From NCBI RefSeq assembly GCF_001194135.2, contig NC_068988.1:21073701-21137700 (forward strand): a stretch of DNA of 64,000 nt. Reading direction: 5' to 3'. Under the pieces are notes generated by a model. The model saw only the letters and a list, made by a program, of their open reading frames with translations. It did not search any database and was not told the DNA's origin. This stretch comes from Octopus bimaculoides (Eukaryota). Below, in pieces: positions 62,182-64,000 of the stretch; positions within the stretch are counted from its first letter, which is position 1, and every line of letters begins with the position of its first letter. The position numbers were made by a program, and so were the translations under genes.

Positions 62182-64000
62182 GTACACAACAAAAAGATTA
62201 GTTTTGGATAATTGAAAATATTTAATAGTTAACTTGTTTTTTAAAAATCTTTCTTTTACAGATTTCAATTAATGTTCTGTAACTACACTGGTAACACCTT
62301 CGAGGCTTTTAGAAGACTATGTCAACTTCAGTGCGTTGATGTTTGATTTATCAACTTTTGAAGAGGACAAAAGACGAGTCAACCAGATGAAGGGGAGGCA
62401 ATACTTAATACTACAAGGTATATCTATTCAAACTTGTTTGCATCACTGAACACCAATACATACAGACAAATATAATTGACTTATGCACAATTTCTTAGAC
62501 ATCAAATTTCCCACATAAGATGCCAGATAATCTGAGACTATAGTAAAAAAAATTTAAAAAAAAAAAAACCACTTGGCCAAGAGACCAACCAGTAAGATTT
62601 TTCAACTTGGAACCTCATAGATACAAAGCAAACTGATAACACTTTACAATTGATTTTGAAAATAATCAGCTATTAGTAGGAATATCACAAAGTGACAAAC
62701 ATGTTGGTTATCAGGTTAGTATTTTGGAACATAGCTTTAAGAAAACAGCAAATGGAGCTATTACTTAAAACAGGAAGATTTAAAAAATAAGAGTTTTCTA
62801 TCTTGGAACCAGAAGTGGTCTTTGACAGGTTGGTATTAAAAGGGTTTTAAATAATGAATGTAAACAGTGAAGGAACTTGTACACAAGAGACCTGTTGATC
62901 AGTCTAAGAAACACGTAGGTGCCAGAAATTGACATGAATGCTTGCAAGTGATGGCAACATATGGGATGATGACATCAGCAATGTGTAAAATAAAGGGAAA
63001 TGATTATTATCAAACAATGTACAACTTATGCAGTTATCTCTATTTAGTGCACATAACACACAAACTATCATATAAAAGTGCAGGTGTGGCTGCATGGTTA
63101 AAAAAAATGTTTTACAACCACATGGTCTTGGGTTCAGTCCCACTGCCTGGCACCTTGTACAAGTGTTTTCTATTATAGACCTGGACCAACCAAAGCTTCA
63201 TCATCATCATCGTCGTTTAATGTCCACTTTCCATGCTAGCATGGGTTGGACGATTTGACTGAGGACTGGTGGACCAGGAGGCGACACCAGGCTCCAATCT
63301 GATTTGGCAGTTTCTACAGCTGGATGCCCTTCCTAACGCCAACCACTCTGAGAGTGTAGTAAGTGGATTTCTTAGATGGAAACTAAGAGGCTAGCTGTGT
63401 ATATTACATGTGCCTGTGTGTGTGCGTATATATATATCCGCATATGAATATATATGTGGTTCACACATTTTGTCTTGACATCGTCTGATAGTCGTAAATG
63501 AGCGATATTATTATACGAGCAGTGTCATTCATTTTCAATACTCTGTGAGAACAGAAAATATTACCTTGCTTGGAAACAGGTGAGGGTTGGTGACAGGAAG
63601 GGTACCCAACCATTAGAAAACTACATTCAATAAACTTTCATTTTACTCAGTAGTACAAGACAATAATTATGACAGTGGATCCTTTGTTGGTTTGTCATTT
63701 AATTACCTGGAACTGTCTACCCATTGAATTAACATGCAAATGGTTGAGTATTCCAAGGGGACAAGTACCCTTAAAAGAATTCCCAAGTAGAATCAGCATA
63801 ACTATGTGAAAAGGCTGGACCTTTGAGTTACAGATGCTATATATCTGATGGGCTTCAACAGTTTCCCTCCAATGTCATTCAAAGATTGGGTTGACCCAAA
63901 GCTATGGTAAAAGATATTTGTTTAAGGTGCCATGCAGTGGGATTGAACCAAGACCTCATAATTGTAGATTAAACTTGTTAACCACTTATCTATGTGTGTG

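Overview
AT-rich, repeat-dense eukaryotic genomic DNA with 8 assembly gaps. The SINE and RTE repeat families look like an octopod cephalopod (inference from repeat style, not searched). Two intron-rich genes converge tail-to-tail. (1) LRSAM1 (+), an LRR / coiled-coil / SAM / PTAP / RING E3 ligase, reconstructed as 23 GT-AG coding exons from 14645 to 51331: 2325 nt, 774 aa from ATG 14645, or 727 aa from ATG 14786, which aligns with the vertebrate start. (2) POLE3/CHRAC17 (-), a histone-fold protein with 4 clear coding exons from 60992 to 53795; its C-terminus is unresolved. Almost all ORFs in the supplied track are repeat- or microsatellite-derived. The rest of the window is tRNA-head SINEs, RTE LINE fragments and 3' ends, hAT / Tc1 / TTAA-type MITEs, a deleted hAT transposon, a Penelope-like remnant with a decayed minimal hammerhead ribozyme, a 154-bp solo LTR, an initiator-tRNA pseudogene and microsatellites. 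Best leads: a 47-aa LRSAM1 N-terminal extension with an MGxxxSK myristoylation motif; an in-frame 42-nt candidate cassette exon; an unexplained CpG-rich structured island in the last LRSAM1 intron (candidate ncRNA); interdigitated poly(A) signals of the two genes; and a possible divergent gene upstream of POLE3. All coordinates were counted by hand and no database search was run.
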